A model generated the notes under the pieces. The model was not told where the DNA came from. It saw nothing but the letters and a program-made list of their open reading frames with translations, and made no database searches. From positions 3,586-67,585 of the forward strand of contig JBDNFC010000081.1 in NCBI GenBank assembly GCA_041690035.1: a stretch of 64,000 nt of DNA, written 5' to 3'. This DNA comes from Bacteroidia bacterium. Its GTDB lineage: Bacteria; Bacteroidota; Bacteroidia; NS11-12g; UBA955. How positions within the stretch are numbered: the first letter of the stretch is position 1; each line of letters opens with the position of its first letter. Positions 18,254 to 27,824 of the stretch are shown one piece after another. Both the position numbers and the translations under genes were made by a program.

Positions 18254-18808
18254 TTATTTCTTTATTTTTGTTGGAGCAAGAACCATAATCATTTTGTTTT
18301 TTTCATTCTCGGGCAAACTTTCTACTTTTGCAACACCCTCTTCTGTTAATTTTTCTGCAAATTTCAACAAAAGAATCTCTCCCCTATCTCTGTAAATATT
18401 TGCCCTACCTTTAAAAAACACAAAGCAACGCACTTTAGCTCCTTCTTGCAAAAACTTTCTGGCATGATTCATTTTAAAATCTACATCATGTTCGCTTGTG
18501 TTAGGTCCAAATCTAATTTCCTTGGTTTCATTATTAATCTGATTAGCTTTAATTTCTTTCGCCTTTTTCTTTTGCTCATAAAGAAACTTTTTGTAGTCCA
18601 TTATTTTGCAAACAGGTGGCTCTGCATTTGGACTAATTTCTACTAAATCTAAACCTTTAGCAAAAGCCATCTCTATCCCTTTGGCTGTTTCTAAAATATC
18701 ATTTACCTCAGAACCAACAATTCGGATGTGTGTTGCAGTTATTCTTTCATTAATTTTGTGTGGATCTTCTTGCCTTCTAGATCTTATATATGGTTTCTTT
18801 TTATTCAA
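18254..18808 (-). CDS. infC: translation initiation factor IF-3
   Basis: Aligns with E. coli IF3 throughout ([38 protein letters not shown]). Starts with TTG 4 nt after the thrS stop. Confidence 0.9.
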   Translation of the reverse strand: MNKKKPYIRSRRQEDPHKINERITATHIRIVGSEVNDILETAKGIEMAFAKGLDLVEISPNAEPPVCKIMDYKKFLYEQKKKAKEIKANQINNETKEIRFGPNTSEHDVDFKMNHARKFLQEGAKVRCFVFFKGRANIYRDRGEILLLKFAEKLTEEGVAKVESLPENEKNKMIMVLAPTKIKK

Positions 18809-18812
18809 AAAA

Positions 18813-20741
18813 TTAGTTTTTTATGATTTCTTCTATGTGTTTTGCAAATGCTGTTATTTCCATTGCTCCTAAATCTTCGCCTCCGTGCTTTCTTATACTA
18901 ATTGTGCTACTTTCCAACTCTTTATCACCTACAATAATCATGTAAGGAATTTTGGAAATTTCAGCATCCCGTATCTTTTTGCCCGTCTTCTCAGACCTGT
19001 CATCAATGAGGGCGCGAATATCGTATTTTTTTAGCAAATTTAAAACATTTTCTGCATATTCGTTATGTTTATCGCTAATTGGTAGTAAAATAGCCTGTGT
19101 AGGTGTTAGCCATAAAGGAAAATTGCCTCCTGTATGCTCTATTAATACTGCAACAAATCTTTCCATACTGCCAAAAGGCGCTCTGTGAATCATCACTGGA
19201 CGATGTTTTTGATTATCAGCTCCTATGTATTCCAATTCAAATCGCTCTGGTAAATTATAATCTACTTGAATAGTTCCTAATTGCCAACTTCTTCCTATTG
19301 CATCTTTTACCATAAAATCTAATTTGGGACCATAAAAAGCAGCCTCATCATAGGCTATAATAGTTTTTAATCCCTTTTCTTCTGTTGCTTCTATAATAGC
19401 AGATTCTGCCTTTTCCCAATTTTCTTCTGTGCCAATATATTTACTATAATCCTCTTGATTTCTTAATGAAATTTGAGCTGTAAAATCCTCGAAACCCAAA
19501 TTTTTAAATACATGCAATACCAAATCTATTACTTTAATAAACTCGCTCTTTACTTGATCTGGTCTACAAAATAAATGTGCGTCATCTTGTGTAAATCCTC
19601 TTACTCTTGTTAACCCATGCAACTCTCCGCTTTGTTCATACCGATATACTGTGCCAAATTCTGCTAATCTAATAGGTAAATCTTTGTAACTGCGCTGTTT
19701 AGTTTTGTAAATTTCACAATGATGAGGACAATTCATTGGCTTTAGGTAAAATTCCTCATCTGGATGCGGGGTTAATATCGGTTTAAATGAATCTGCCCCA
19801 TATTTATCATAATGACCACTTGTTATATACAAATTTTTATGACCTATGTGTGGCGTATAAACTTGCTCATAACCCGCCTCCATTTGTGATGTCTTTAAAA
19901 ACTGTTCTAAACGATCTCTGAGTGCTGCACCTCTAGGCAGCCACAATGGCAGCCCTGCTCCCACTTTTTCGCTAAAAGCAAAAAGCTCTAATTCTTTACC
20001 TATTTTTCTATGATCGCGTTTTTTAGCTTCTTCTAAAAGAACTGTATATTCGTCTAACTCAGATTTTTTTGGAAAAGTAATGCCATAAATACGGGTGAGT
20101 TGCTTATTTTTCTCATCACCACGCCAATATGCTCCTGCGGTGGAAGTTAGCTTGACAGCCTTTATTGAAGAAGTGCCCGGAATATGAGGCCCTTTGCATA
20201 AATCAACAAAATTACCTTGTGAGTAAAAAGTAATATCACCATCATGCAAAGAGGTTAGTAATTCTAACTTATATGGATCTTGCTTTTCTTTAAAAAAGGC
20301 AATTGCATCTGCCTTTGAAACTTGTTTTCTTACAAATTGGCTATTATTTTTTGCCAGTTCTATCATTTTTTGCTCTACTTTTGCAAATTCTACCGGACTA
20401 AAATGATGTTCGCCAAAATCTATATCATAATAAAAACCCTGCGCTATAGCCGGACCAATACCCAATTTTATTCCTGGATAAAGTGCCTCTAATGCCTCCG
20501 CTAATAAATGTGCGCTAGAATGCCAATAAGTTTGTTTTCCCTCATCATCATTCCATGTTAGCAAAGTTACTCGATCATTACTTTCTAAAACTGTACTGGC
20601 ATCTACTACCTGACCATTAATCTTTGCAGCAAGCACATTTCTAGCCAAACCTTCGCTAATATTTTTTGCTAAATCCATTGCAGTGCTTCCAAAAGGAATG
20701 CTCTTTTGAGATTTATCAGGTAGAATTATCGTTATCATCAC
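18813..20741 (-). CDS. thrS: threonyl-tRNA synthetase
   Basis: 642 aa: TGS and editing domains, class II core and anticodon-binding domain. Canonical thrS-infC-rpmI-rplT order. Confidence 0.9.
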   Translation of the reverse strand: MMITIILPDKSQKSIPFGSTAMDLAKNISEGLARNVLAAKINGQVVDASTVLESNDRVTLLTWNDDEGKQTYWHSSAHLLAEALEALYPGIKLGIGPAIAQGFYYDIDFGEHHFSPVEFAKVEQKMIELAKNNSQFVRKQVSKADAIAFFKEKQDPYKLELLTSLHDGDITFYSQGNFVDLCKGPHIPGTSSIKAVKLTSTAGAYWRGDEKNKQLTRIYGITFPKKSELDEYTVLLEEAKKRDHRKIGKELELFAFSEKVGAGLPLWLPRGAALRDRLEQFLKTSQMEAGYEQVYTPHIGHKNLYITSGHYDKYGADSFKPILTPHPDEEFYLKPMNCPHHCEIYKTKQRSYKDLPIRLAEFGTVYRYEQSGELHGLTRVRGFTQDDAHLFCRPDQVKSEFIKVIDLVLHVFKNLGFEDFTAQISLRNQEDYSKYIGTEENWEKAESAIIEATEEKGLKTIIAYDEAAFYGPKLDFMVKDAIGRSWQLGTIQVDYNLPERFELEYIGADNQKHRPVMIHRAPFGSMERFVAVLIEHTGGNFPLWLTPTQAILLPISDKHNEYAENVLNLLKKYDIRALIDDRSEKTGKKIRDAEISKIPYMIIVGDKELESSTISIRKHGGEDLGAMEITAFAKHIEEIIKN

Positions 20742-20827
20742 AATTTAAAAAAAATAAGAGTGCGAAATTAAGAATAATGCACGTTATTTTGTCTTTTTAA
20801 TTAACAAAAATATAAATTTGCATAATT

Positions 20828-21505
20828 ATGCAACAACCCATCCATAAATTTGCAGCTATAATCTATGATGCATTCGCAAAAAAAAGAAATATTATTTATG
20901 CAGAACAGATGCAAAAATACATGAGAAATCAATTTATATTTTTCGGAATTAAAACAGAAGAGAGAAGAAATTTACTGCAGCTTATAATTAAAAAAAACAC
21001 CTTCCCAGATTATAAAGATTACTTAGAATTAGCAAATTTATTGCTTGAATATGATGAAAGAGAAATGAATTACGCAGTCATAGATTTAGCAACAAATTAT
21101 AAAAAAGTATGGGATAATCAAATGCTGAAATTGCAAAACATTATAGCTTACAAAAAGCCTTGGTGGGACACCGTAGATGCCTCTAATAGTTTTATTTTTA
21201 AGCCATTTTATAAACAAAATAAAAATGCCCTAGAACAATTAGTATTATGGAATAATTCAGAAAACATTTGGATTGTTAGACTCAGCATTATTGGGCAATT
21301 GGGTCAAAAACAAAAAACTGATGTAGCATTATTGAGTAATAATATATTGAAACATAATGGCAGCAATGAATTTTTTATTCAAAAAGCAATCGGTTGGGCA
21401 CTTAGAGACTATGCTAGCTATGACCCTCATTGGGTAAAAAACTTTGCAAACAATTATGAATTAAAACCCCTAAGCAAGCGTGAAGCTTTAAGAAAAATTA
21501 AATAA
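20828..21505 (+). CDS. DNA alkylation repair protein (AlkD/AlkC-like HEAT-repeat glycosylase family)
   Basis: Family signature FIQKAIGWALRDYASYDPHWV. All-helical 225 aa. Confidence 0.65.
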   Translation: MQQPIHKFAAIIYDAFAKKRNIIYAEQMQKYMRNQFIFFGIKTEERRNLLQLIIKKNTFPDYKDYLELANLLLEYDEREMNYAVIDLATNYKKVWDNQMLKLQNIIAYKKPWWDTVDASNSFIFKPFYKQNKNALEQLVLWNNSENIWIVRLSIIGQLGQKQKTDVALLSNNILKHNGSNEFFIQKAIGWALRDYASYDPHWVKNFANNYELKPLSKREALRKIK

Positions 21506-21592
21506 GCATGGATTTGGTTAAAAAAACAAACCACATTTGCAATGATTAAATAAATCTTTAATTACCTTTGCCGCAATATTCAACCCTATTCT

Positions 21593-22015
21593 GTGACTAA
21601 AAAACCCATACTTTATGTTTCTAGGCATGCTCATTTTAATGCAGCACACAAGCTATATAATCCCAAATTTGATGAAGAATGGAATAAGCAAACATTTGGG
21701 CTGTGTGCTAATAAAAACTGGCATGGACATAATTTCGAATTAATAATAACTGTGAAAGGCACACCTAATGAGGACACTGGGTTTGTAATGGATTTGAAAG
21801 TTTTGAGTGAGATAATTAAAACGGAAATTACAGAAAAATTAGATCATAAAAATCTTAATATTGATGTGCCGTTTTTAACGAACAAAATGCCTTCGATTGA
21901 AAATATTGCATTAGAAATTTGGGCAATTTTAACAATCCACTTGCCTAAAAATGTAGCAATGCACCAAGTACATTTGCGCGAAACCAATAACAATTTTGTT
22001 GATTACTATGGTTAA
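21593..22015 (+). CDS. queD: 6-carboxy-5,6,7,8-tetrahydropterin synthase (QueD / PTPS family)
   Basis: SRHAHFNAAHKL...CANKNWHGHNFEL...LDHKNLN. Confidence 0.8.
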   Translation: MTKKPILYVSRHAHFNAAHKLYNPKFDEEWNKQTFGLCANKNWHGHNFELIITVKGTPNEDTGFVMDLKVLSEIIKTEITEKLDHKNLNIDVPFLTNKMPSIENIALEIWAILTIHLPKNVAMHQVHLRETNNNFVDYYG

Positions 22016-22087
22016 TATAGTGAACATCGGACATTATTGTCGATAATTTATCTAAATCCAGTTCTAATTTAGCGCTACTATTGTAGT

Positions 22088-22375
22088 ATGATTTTAATTC
22101 AATTATGGCGCAAATACAGAATTTATATAATAATTATTGTTTTTATAACATGGATTGGTTTCTTAGATAAAAACAATTTACTGGCCTTATACAAATTTAA
22201 AAAAGAATTGAGTGGATTAAAAGATAAGCAAGATTATTATGTTTTGGAGATTGAGCGCATGCAGGCTGAAAAAAAATTAATATTTACCGATATTAAAAGT
22301 TTAGAAACTTTTGCTAGAGAAAAATATTACATGAAAAAAGAAAATGAAGATATTTATGTTTTAAAAGAAAAATAA
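22088..22375 (+). CDS. FtsB/DivIC-like septum formation initiator
   Basis: Single TM, coiled coil, C-terminal FAREKYYMKKENEDIYVL resembling the FtsB family consensus. Confidence 0.6.
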   Translation: MILIQLWRKYRIYIIIIVFITWIGFLDKNNLLALYKFKKELSGLKDKQDYYVLEIERMQAEKKLIFTDIKSLETFAREKYYMKKENEDIYVLKEK

Positions 22376-22624
22376 GTTGATTGATTTATTTATAAATAGC
22401 TAAAAAAAAACTTTTTATCTTAATTTAAAAACTAAATATTTGCTTCTCAATGGTATTTTAATAAGCTGAGAAATATTGGCTTTTAAAGGATAAAATAATA
22501 CATTTTATTGGTAGTATCAAATCAAAAACAATATATTTTTATTCAAATAGATTAAAAAAAAATCTCTTAGGGTTTGATAATTAATAAATTAGACATAATC
22601 TTGCAATTCATCAAACAAAACAAC

Positions 22625-23062
22625 ATGAATTTAAAAAACACAAATTGGCTAGCGGTAATTGCTACAGTAATTGCAGGAGGGGCTTTGGGATATGTTCTTT
22701 ATGGGTTACTTTTTTTAGATATTTGGGCTGCAGGCAATAGCATTACGATAAATTTAGCAGCAAACGAAATGACTAAAAATGGAGTAATCATAAAACCCAA
22801 TGATTATGCAATGCTTTTTAATGCGTTAAGCACCTTTATTTATGCACTCTTAATGAATTGGCTTTTGATAAAAACAAACATGTGCAATCTAAAAGGAGGC
22901 TTAACTATCGGTTTAGTAATTGGTTCAATCATGTTTATAGGAATAATTACAGGGAATTTATTTGCCGAAAATCCAATTAGCCTAAGCTTATTAGATGGTG
23001 GATGTTCATTACTACTTTGGCTGATTATTGGCGCTATAATGGGAGGTTGGCGCAAGAGATAA
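22625..23062 (+). CDS. DUF1761-like small membrane protein
   Basis: NWLAVIATVIAGGALGYVLYGLLF N-terminus with 3-4 TM helices. ATG at 22625 preferred to the TTG at 22574. Confidence 0.45.
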   Translation: MNLKNTNWLAVIATVIAGGALGYVLYGLLFLDIWAAGNSITINLAANEMTKNGVIIKPNDYAMLFNALSTFIYALLMNWLLIKTNMCNLKGGLTIGLVIGSIMFIGIITGNLFAENPISLSLLDGGCSLLLWLIIGAIMGGWRKR

Positions 23063-23085
23063 ACTTAGATATTCACTTATTCAAT

Positions 23086-23113
23086 AAAAAAGCCCCAATT
23101 TGGGGCTTTTTTT
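23086..23113. terminator. bidirectional rho-independent terminator
   Basis: AAAAA-AGCCCCA-att-TGGGGCT-TTTTTT between convergent genes. Overlaps the stop codon of the coiled-coil gene. Confidence 0.7.
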
Positions 23114-24377
23114 AATTGCTTTTTACTTTTTGTTTCTTCTTACTTATTTTTTCTTTTTTATCGCCAATGTTAGACTTTTTTTCATCTGCAGCATTTTCCA
23201 AATCTGCTTTTTCGGCCTCATTTTGCTGCACTTCTGCTTTTTTATCTCCTATTTTTTTTTCCAATTTTTCACTTTGTTTAGTGAGTTTTTTATTACTTTT
23301 TGCTAATGATTTAATCTTCTTATCTTTAACCTTTTTCTCAAAATTTGTAATTTCTTTTGTTAACACATCTCTTCTTTGGTCATTAGTGCTTATAAGTAAA
23401 ATATTATCTGCTATGTTAGTAGTTGCTTGTTTATTTTCCGCTGTAAGTTTATCAAACTTGTAATTTAATTTTTCATTAGATTTATCTAAATTATTTGCCT
23501 TTTTTTCCATCTTATTTGCCTCAGACTTCAATGCTTCTATTGCTGCGGTCTTTTCTGCTTGATCTCTAATTTGAATAGCCAATTTGTTATTTACATCTAT
23601 TTTTTGTTCGATACCAGTCATTGTTTTTTCGTTTTTACCAATCTCTTTCTTTTGTTTTGAATTAGATTTTATTAATTTTTTTGAAGATTTTTTGAGTGAT
23701 TTTATTTCACTACCTTTCCCTTTCTCATCAAAATTAGCAATACTTTTTTGCAGTCCATCAATTTCGGCAATATTTTCTGCAATATTTTTTTCATTTCTTT
23801 TTATGGCGTCATTGTTTTCTGCAATTACTCCCTCCTCTTTTTTAATTTGTGTTTCCGTTTTACTAATATCTTTATTTATTTTTTTGACATCTTTTTCTAT
23901 TGCCTTTTTATCTTTCTCTAACTGATTGATTTCAACTTTTAATTGCGCATTTACTCTTTCAATCTCTTTCTCTCTATAATCGGTCTCTAAACCAGATAAA
24001 AACAAACTATAACCTGGATTATTTGCAATTTGATCATCAGAATATAAACCTATAAATACGGAAGTGTCTGTGAGTGGTGTACATTTAAATGAGGTGTTAA
24101 ATCTTATGCCTCCCATTTCTTTTATTGCCACTCCATTAGCATTCCAAACAAAAAAATTAGATGATGATTGTACTATTAATGCATCATACTTAGCAACAAA
24201 GTTTTGCCAAACCTTGATTGCATCTTCTGTTCCTAAACTTACAGTGCCACTATTGGTAGAATAATTTATTCCATTTAGTGTGTCCACAGATTGCACAAAT
24301 CTAGAAACTTGTGCAGTTATAACGGGTTTTAAGCTTAAAGAAAATAGACCAATTGCAAGTAATTTTTTTACATTCAT
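23112..24377 (-). CDS. secreted protein: N-terminal globular domain + long K/E-rich coiled coil with internal repeats
   Basis: Signal peptide MNVKKLLAIGLFSLSL, about 150-aa N-domain, then roughly 270 aa of heptad-like KxxEKxIxxKxKEI repeats (KSLKKSSKKLIKSNSKQKKEIGKNEK / KSLAKSNKKLTKQSEKLEKKIGDKK). ATG at 24377 chosen. Confidence 0.55.
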   Translation of the reverse strand: MNVKKLLAIGLFSLSLKPVITAQVSRFVQSVDTLNGINYSTNSGTVSLGTEDAIKVWQNFVAKYDALIVQSSSNFFVWNANGVAIKEMGGIRFNTSFKCTPLTDTSVFIGLYSDDQIANNPGYSLFLSGLETDYREKEIERVNAQLKVEINQLEKDKKAIEKDVKKINKDISKTETQIKKEEGVIAENNDAIKRNEKNIAENIAEIDGLQKSIANFDEKGKGSEIKSLKKSSKKLIKSNSKQKKEIGKNEKTMTGIEQKIDVNNKLAIQIRDQAEKTAAIEALKSEANKMEKKANNLDKSNEKLNYKFDKLTAENKQATTNIADNILLISTNDQRRDVLTKEITNFEKKVKDKKIKSLAKSNKKLTKQSEKLEKKIGDKKAEVQQNEAEKADLENAADEKKSNIGDKKEKISKKKQKVKSN

Positions 24378-24419
24378 TTTTATTGTTAATTTTGTTTTCG
24401 GTTTAAATAAGGTCAAAAA

Positions 24420-26369
24420 ATGTTCCAAAAAGCAATTTTCCTCTCAATATTGTCAATTATAATTTTTAGTGGAGCCCGCTATCCGCCAAAATGGAAACCT
24501 ATTGGTCCAAATATACATCCTAATCCTCCGGCAAATTTTAATGGTATTAGCCCTCATGGATTGGGAAGATTATTTGATATTATTATTCATCCCAAAAAAG
24601 CAAATCAGTTTTGGGTTTGCAGTCCAAATGGGGGCATATTTTTTACTAAAAATAAAGGAAAAAACTGGAAAAGCCTGTCCATGCCAGTGCCTGGAGGGGC
24701 ATTAAAAATGGCCCAACATTTTAATGCTAAAAAAAATATTATTGCCTTTGCAAGCAATGTTTCTGCTCCCAATAGAGCTAATTATAGTTACGGCATTTAT
24801 AGCACTGCCAATAATGGTAAATCTTGGGATACAATTTTAAAAATTGTGCCCGATGAATATCATACTCCAATTATAAAAGACCTTACTTTTGTTAATGACA
24901 CTCTACTTTATATCAAATCTGATAGTATTTTTGCCAATATTGGTAACAAACATTTGTTTTTGCATAAATCTGATGCTGAACTTTTCAGAATCAGGGTAGA
25001 TGAAAAAAATCATACCTGGTATTTTTTAGGAAAAAAAATTATTGTAATAAGTAATGGAGGTAAAAGTATAATTAGCATAAACAATAATAATAATGAAGAA
25101 TTTAAGGCCGATAATTGTGATATAAACTTTGCCAACAGCACAATGGTACTCTCTTGGAAAAATAATACAGCCACAATACACAAATTGCAAAACAACTGCC
25201 TAAATACTGGATGGAATGTACCTGCCGATATTGATGCAGGAAGAACTACCTTGGCTTACGATAAAAAAAATAATGCGTATCTTATAGGGGGTATCCAGCT
25301 ATTTATGTATAAAGATAGTATGGTAACTAATTTAACTACTCGCAGCTACCCAAGCCCTCAATACATGCACGATGATATAAGAGAAATAGCTTTTGATAAT
25401 GATGGAAACACATTTATTTGTCATGATGGCGGCATTTCCATTAGCAACAATAATTATAAATCTTGGCTATCAATATCTGGTTGCGGACTCAATATTAGCG
25501 AAATGTATGATATAGACATAAATGAACAATACATACTAGCGGGTTTGCAAGATTGTGGCAATATTTATAAAAACAGATTATCTAATCAATGGATTACAAC
25601 AAGTTATTTATACGGTGATGGCGGCATGGTTAGGTTTCACAAGAACGTTGCATACCTTATGCAAGGCACAGTCTTATTGAAAAGCGTAAACAATTTTGAA
25701 AGTGCCGAATACGCCTATTTTCCAATACATTTGAGTAATTTTAATCCCAAAACCAAAATAGTAAATAATAAATTATACATCGCAGATAAGCAATTGTGGA
25801 AAGAGACAGCTGATTATTGGCAAAATTTAAGTAAGGGTATGGAAGGTTATTACAGAATTAGTGGTTTTGATGTTTCTAGTGATGAAAAAACAATTATTGT
25901 TGCAAAAGAGGAGCCCGTATGGCGAACAAACCAATTAACAGAAAAATTATATTTGAGTAATGATAGCGGCAAATTGTGGACGGATATTACCAATAATTTT
26001 CCCGCATATAGTTACCGCTTTATAGAAAGTATAGTGATAGACCCAGCAAACGATAAAATATTTTATGCATGTCTTGGCGGATTTGACAATAAAAATGGAG
26101 AAAAAAATAGATGCTTTAAAACTAGCGATGGTGGAAAAAACTGGGAAAACATAAGTTATAATTTGCCAAATTTGCCCAATAATACAATAGTGTTTCATCC
26201 AAAAATGGGAGTTTTATTAGGGACAAATCATGGAGTTTATCAACTAAAAAACAAGCATTGGCAATGGCTAAAAGGACTGCCACAAGCTCCTGTAACTGCA
26301 ATAAAACCAACAGAAAACGGATTTTTAGTTGCTACCTATGGAAGAGGAGCGTGGCAATTCACGCTTTAA
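24420..26369 (+). CDS. secreted BNR/Asp-box repeat beta-propeller protein (sortilin/Ycf48-like)
   Basis: Signal peptide plus at least four S-x-D-x-G-K-x-W Asp-box repeats (TKNKGKNW, TANNGKSW, SNDSGKLW, TSDGGKNW). Confidence 0.65.
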   Translation: MFQKAIFLSILSIIIFSGARYPPKWKPIGPNIHPNPPANFNGISPHGLGRLFDIIIHPKKANQFWVCSPNGGIFFTKNKGKNWKSLSMPVPGGALKMAQHFNAKKNIIAFASNVSAPNRANYSYGIYSTANNGKSWDTILKIVPDEYHTPIIKDLTFVNDTLLYIKSDSIFANIGNKHLFLHKSDAELFRIRVDEKNHTWYFLGKKIIVISNGGKSIISINNNNNEEFKADNCDINFANSTMVLSWKNNTATIHKLQNNCLNTGWNVPADIDAGRTTLAYDKKNNAYLIGGIQLFMYKDSMVTNLTTRSYPSPQYMHDDIREIAFDNDGNTFICHDGGISISNNNYKSWLSISGCGLNISEMYDIDINEQYILAGLQDCGNIYKNRLSNQWITTSYLYGDGGMVRFHKNVAYLMQGTVLLKSVNNFESAEYAYFPIHLSNFNPKTKIVNNKLYIADKQLWKETADYWQNLSKGMEGYYRISGFDVSSDEKTIIVAKEEPVWRTNQLTEKLYLSNDSGKLWTDITNNFPAYSYRFIESIVIDPANDKIFYACLGGFDNKNGEKNRCFKTSDGGKNWENISYNLPNLPNNTIVFHPKMGVLLGTNHGVYQLKNKHWQWLKGLPQAPVTAIKPTENGFLVATYGRGAWQFTL

Positions 26370-27202
26370 AAATTTGCCTGATACATCTCTACAATTTTAA
26401 TGGCTTGCATGGCGGCTTGGGTATCATGAACCCTAAGCACATTGGCGCCCCCCATCAAAGCAAGTGCATGTGCTGCGGTAGTTCCATTTAACGAATCACT
26501 TGCACTTATGCCTAACGGCTTATATATCATTCCCTTGCGCGATATACCAACAATTAAAGGTTGATTCAAAAATTTCTTAAATACAGATAAATTTTTAAGC
26601 AATAGATAATTATGTGCTATTGTTTTGCCAAAACCAAAGCCAGGATCAATAATCCAATTATTAATTCCATTGTCTGTTAAATACTTGTTTTTTTTAATAA
26701 AATAAGCTGCAATTTCCTCCACTACATTAATATAATTAGGGTTTTCTTGCATATTATTTGGCATTCCTTTTTTATGCATACCGATATAGCCAATATCAAG
26801 CGCAGCCACTAATTTTATTAGATCTAAATCATCCCCACAACTAATATCATTGATAAAATCTACCTCCATATCTATAGCCATTTTAGCCACTGCATACCGA
26901 TACGTATCAACAGATATTAGCACCTTATACTGTTGCTCTTTAACTATTTTTAGCGCCCATTCTATAGCTTTAACCTCTTCATTTAAGGGTATTTCGACTG
27001 CACCCGGCCTTGTACTCATTGCGCCAATATCTATCATAGCAGCGCCCTCTTCAATATGCTTTTCAATAATCGAGATGAGTTCTTTTTCAGAATTAGCCCT
27101 GCTATTGGCATAAAAAGAATCTTTCGTAACATTTACGATACCCATAACCTGTGCTTGATTAAATGAGTATAAATTGTGCTTACTTTTTAGTTGAAAATGC
27201 AA
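26366..27202 (-). CDS. folP: dihydropteroate synthase
   Basis: VMGIVNVTKDSFYANS, DIGAMSTRPGA, IDPGFGFGKT, VGISRKGMI. Collinear with E. coli FolP. Confidence 0.9.
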   Translation of the reverse strand: MHFQLKSKHNLYSFNQAQVMGIVNVTKDSFYANSRANSEKELISIIEKHIEEGAAMIDIGAMSTRPGAVEIPLNEEVKAIEWALKIVKEQQYKVLISVDTYRYAVAKMAIDMEVDFINDISCGDDLDLIKLVAALDIGYIGMHKKGMPNNMQENPNYINVVEEIAAYFIKKNKYLTDNGINNWIIDPGFGFGKTIAHNYLLLKNLSVFKKFLNQPLIVGISRKGMIYKPLGISASDSLNGTTAAHALALMGGANVLRVHDTQAAMQAIKIVEMYQANF

Positions 27203-27249
27203 GATTTAAAATTTGATGATTACCTTTGCAAATGTAAAATAAAATATTA

Positions 27250-27813
27250 ATGTCTGAATTATTAAATACAAATCAAGCCTATGATATCCAAATAGGTAAG
27301 TGCAGATCAATTTTTTTGCAAAAAAATACTGACTATGGAACAGCATGGCGAATATTACGACCCCGCAGTGTAACAGATCAAATTTTTATTAAAGCACAAA
27401 GAATAAAAAGTATAGAAACGTATGGCAAACAAAAAATTGATGAGAGTATAGCCAATGAATATATTGGAATTATCAATTATGCCATTATTGCTATTTTAAA
27501 TATTGCCTTAAAAGAAGATGAAATAATAAAAGTAAAACAACTTTTGAATAATTATGACCAACAAATTACCCTCACAAAACAACTAATGATGGATAAAAAC
27601 CACGATTATGGGGAGGCTTGGAGATCAATGAGGGTATCCACTTTTACAGATCTAATTTTAATGAAAATCTTGCGCACAAAACAAATAGAAGACAATGATG
27701 GTAAAACGCTTATAAGTGAAGGTGTAGAGGCAAATTATAGAGATATGATAAACTACGCTATATTTGCACTTATTAGATTAGATGAAAATAGCACAGTTTT
27801 TGCTAGTAAATAA
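27250..27813 (+). CDS. DUF1599 tandem-domain protein
   Basis: Two copies of the DYGxAWRxxRxxxxTDxIxxKxxRxKxIE repeat. Commonly adjacent to folP in Bacteroidetes. Confidence 0.7.
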   Translation: MSELLNTNQAYDIQIGKCRSIFLQKNTDYGTAWRILRPRSVTDQIFIKAQRIKSIETYGKQKIDESIANEYIGIINYAIIAILNIALKEDEIIKVKQLLNNYDQQITLTKQLMMDKNHDYGEAWRSMRVSTFTDLILMKILRTKQIEDNDGKTLISEGVEANYRDMINYAIFALIRLDENSTVFASK

Positions 27814-27824
27814 AAGTAATTTAT

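Noticed and set aside
23100-24264. Several plus-strand ORFs (23100..23306, 23116..23463, 23584..23925, 24064..24264) opposite the coiled-coil gene
   Set aside because: They arise from the T-rich complement of the K/E-rich repeat region. Phe/Leu/Ser-rich translations typical of antisense low-complexity artefacts.
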